The notes under the pieces were generated by a model. That model was given only the letters and a program-made list of their open reading frames with translations, was not told the DNA's origin and made no database searches. From positions 32,001 to 96,000 of IMG/VR virus record IMGVR_UViG_3300009103_000004: a stretch of DNA of 64,000 bases. The stretch is one strand, 5' to 3'. Position 1 is the stretch's first letter, and every line of letters starts with the position of its first letter. Positions 61,967 through 64,000 of this stretch are shown piece after piece. Made by a program: the position numbers and the translations under genes. Origin of the DNA: a virus.

Positions 61967-62819
61967 CATATTACTGCTCGTAAGCAGTTGTAGTAAATTT
62001 AGAGAACCGCAATTAAATATACTTGATTGTGGTTGTCACGGCCACTATCCTGCTAGAAATTGTCCATGTAGTGAATTTGGTATATGTGGGTGTGATGTAA
62101 CAGTAATGTCCAGCAGACAAGCAGAATTTAGAAAAACGGTATATAAGGAGCCAGTACTTTGGTTTGTATACTATACTCGTGTGTTAGAATACGGTAGCGA
62201 ACGAGATGTACGAACTGTGATCAAGGCATGCAGTGCGGATGAAGCAAAGAAAATACTTATCGAGCAGCTTGGTGTTGAGTTCCCATATCATAGAGCCAAA
62301 GCAATAACATTATATAAGTTGTGGCACGGATTTAGAAAGGGCTACAAATTTGGTAACTTTAATGATTTAAATGTAGACGACATAGCTACAATAGCGTTCC
62401 CGAACAAGGTGGGGAAACTGTACCATGTTGAGAAACAAAGGCCTGAGGGGTGGAAGAACAGGTTTAATTTCTCACAGCCTAAGGATGGTAGTAATAATGG
62501 CTTTGAATCTGGGGAAAAGAACTGGGCCTTCATACATAGGAAGGGGAAGTCACTACCTGAAGCTGAGAGGCACATGTACCGCTATAAAGGTAAGTGGATA
62601 CGCATAACGGAAGAAGAAAAGGAAAAAGAAAAAGAAGAGATACGGGATGCGCTACTTAGGGCAGAAGGTAATAGAAGAAAAGCATGTGAGTATCTAGGTG
62701 TTAGAAGTCACAAACTATACAAGATGATGAAACGACACCCAGAAGTTGATTGGAACAAAGAAATTCCAAAGGGCGGTATAGGGTTATGGATGGGAGGAAA
62801 GAATGACAAGAAGTGTTGA
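61947..62819 (+). CDS. protein with C-terminal Fis-type helix-turn-helix
   Basis: EIRDALLRAEGNRRKACEYLGVRSHKLYKMMKRH; alternative start at 62106. Confidence 0.7.
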   Translation: MHIVRLSILLLVSSCSKFREPQLNILDCGCHGHYPARNCPCSEFGICGCDVTVMSSRQAEFRKTVYKEPVLWFVYYTRVLEYGSERDVRTVIKACSADEAKKILIEQLGVEFPYHRAKAITLYKLWHGFRKGYKFGNFNDLNVDDIATIAFPNKVGKLYHVEKQRPEGWKNRFNFSQPKDGSNNGFESGEKNWAFIHRKGKSLPEAERHMYRYKGKWIRITEEEKEKEKEEIRDALLRAEGNRRKACEYLGVRSHKLYKMMKRHPEVDWNKEIPKGGIGLWMGGKNDKKC

Positions 62820-63048
62820 ACAACAAATAAGAATGATGCTTGATAAGTATCAGGAGTCTAACTTTACAGTACCTGAAGTTCGGAGGTGCCTAGCTGAGGT
62901 TATTGAAAACCAGCTAGAGAAAAGAATTAAGAAGATGGAGGAGCATCGTGTTCGAGGAGTTGATGGGATTGAAAAATTTCCGCATAACGATCAAGAGCGC
63001 TATCCCGGGTCAAATGTGTCTGACCAAACTCCCACGCCCCCTGTATAA
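62803..63048 (+). CDS. small hypothetical protein
   Basis: Coupled to the upstream gene; GGAGG before ATG; 3' half overlaps the convergent gene. Confidence 0.4.
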   Translation: MTRSVEQQIRMMLDKYQESNFTVPEVRRCLAEVIENQLEKRIKKMEEHRVRGVDGIEKFPHNDQERYPGSNVSDQTPTPPV

Positions 63049-63805
63049 GCTTAAACTCTAAGCTAATATCTGATCTAACCTTTTCCAGGTTTTCCAAAAG
63101 ATCCGACAAATCTCGCTTCACTGGAACATAGTGTTCCCACGGTACGAGATGCTCGTAAAAGAATTCTTCCCACGGCCTGTCTACTATAAAAAGAGGGCGA
63201 TAAGCAAAAAACTGAAGTTTGGTACGAGCCGAGTAGCCATGCCCCTCCATGTCTATTAAGTACTTAAACGCTTTAACCTGATCGACCATACTCATGTACT
63301 TTGGGGTTATAGCCTTTTCAGCAGTTCGGGTCCATACGATGTTCCTGTAAAATAGAGTGTCCTTACCTACCTCACGCGCCATACGTATAAATCTTTTCCT
63401 AACAGACGCCGTTGTAGCCCCTATCCAACCCATGGCTTCAGTAGAAGATTCCCGCATTCCCGAGCCCATCATGCGTACCCTAAACTCTTCATAGTCTCCT
63501 ATGCCGGCATACTGCCAATCTTTATAAAGAAAGTCTGGATATGTTTTATTGTACTCTTTGCAAGTTGTTGAAAAGCTATAAACTGGGTATTCACTCACAG
63601 TCTCGGGCTTATCATTAAAGTCAAAAATCAAAGTAGGGAAATCACGTGGAACACTCCTGTGTTTACAAGTTTCCTCTATAAGCCACCGGACTTTGTCGCC
63701 GCGTTGCTCCGGGTGGTCGTGGACATTAAAAGATAAAATGCCTTTTTCTCGTTTGACAGCCAGTGTCCATTTAGGCATTCTTTCAGGAAATTTAAATTTA
63801 TCCAT
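62927..63805 (-). CDS. GT90 (CAP10/POGLUT-like) glycosyltransferase
   Basis: PDF..W, WIGA, KYLIDMEGHGYSARTK, EFFYEHLVPWEHYVPVKRDLSDL; probable start MDKFK. Confidence 0.85.
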   Translation of the reverse strand: MDKFKFPERMPKWTLAVKREKGILSFNVHDHPEQRGDKVRWLIEETCKHRSVPRDFPTLIFDFNDKPETVSEYPVYSFSTTCKEYNKTYPDFLYKDWQYAGIGDYEEFRVRMMGSGMRESSTEAMGWIGATTASVRKRFIRMAREVGKDTLFYRNIVWTRTAEKAITPKYMSMVDQVKAFKYLIDMEGHGYSARTKLQFFAYRPLFIVDRPWEEFFYEHLVPWEHYVPVKRDLSDLLENLEKVRSDISLEFKLIQGAWEFGQTHLTRDSALDRYAEIFQSHQLLEHDAPPSS

Positions 63806-64000
63806 AAGTAGGTAACATTTAACCGTAAACAAAAATCATGATTGAATTCTATAACGTTAGAAAAAAAGCAAAAGTGTCAATATCCGAAGAGGATGTAGAG
63901 AAAGTTGTCTATAACTCAACAACAAAAACGGGGAAGACTGTCACGAGATATGGAATAAAAGCTGTGGACGATGACGGGACAAAACTAACTAAGTTTGTAA

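Noticed and set aside
1-64000. CRISPR array, tRNA, rRNA, integrase or transposase
   Set aside because: No regularly spaced repeats, cloverleaf with T-loop, rRNA-like tract or recombinase motifs seen by eye.
1-64000. Alternative genetic code (stop-codon reassignment)
   Set aside because: Genes are full length under the standard code, and TAA, TAG and TGA all terminate recognisable proteins.
1-64000. Eukaryotic giant virus (NCLDV) origin suggested by GT7/GT29/GT90/metacaspase
   Set aside because: The RNAP fragments are bacterial RpoB-like, genes are coupled by ATGA-type overlaps, and Rho-independent terminators are present.

Overview
The window looks like part of a large (jumbo-type) bacteriophage genome in the standard genetic code. 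Genes are dense, mostly on the minus strand, with overlapping start/stop junctions, intrinsic terminators and AT-rich leaders that lack Shine-Dalgarno motifs. (1) 2.5-12.4 kb is a probable virion-protein block. It holds two separate fragments of a bacterial-type RNA polymerase beta subunit interleaved with Gly-rich proteins, all carrying K-x-A/S/G motifs at the end of N-terminal leaders or at domain borders. The 816-aa ORF reads like a polyprotein: RpoB-N, coiled coil, unknown domain, HiPIP-like 4-Cys domain, ParB-like domain. (2) 12.5-23.3 kb holds mostly small hypothetical genes, including a degenerate ABC-ATPase-like protein and a DIP1984-like coiled-coil gene followed by an extensively base-paired ~240-nt non-coding element. 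(3) 23.4-58.9 kb is a near-continuous ~35-kb glycan-modification island: 7 sulfotransferases plus one degenerate domain, GT7/8/29/32/34-like and fucosyltransferase-like enzymes, NeuA/NeuB/HAD, three LicD genes with a cytidylyltransferase, pyruvyltransferases, methyltransferases, Glf, an epimerase and a metacaspase. A recurrent GTTATATATA(CATGAAC) promoter-like motif and a 12-bp motif at gene 3' ends mark several stand-alone transcription units. All family calls come from recognising motifs by eye; no database searches were run.
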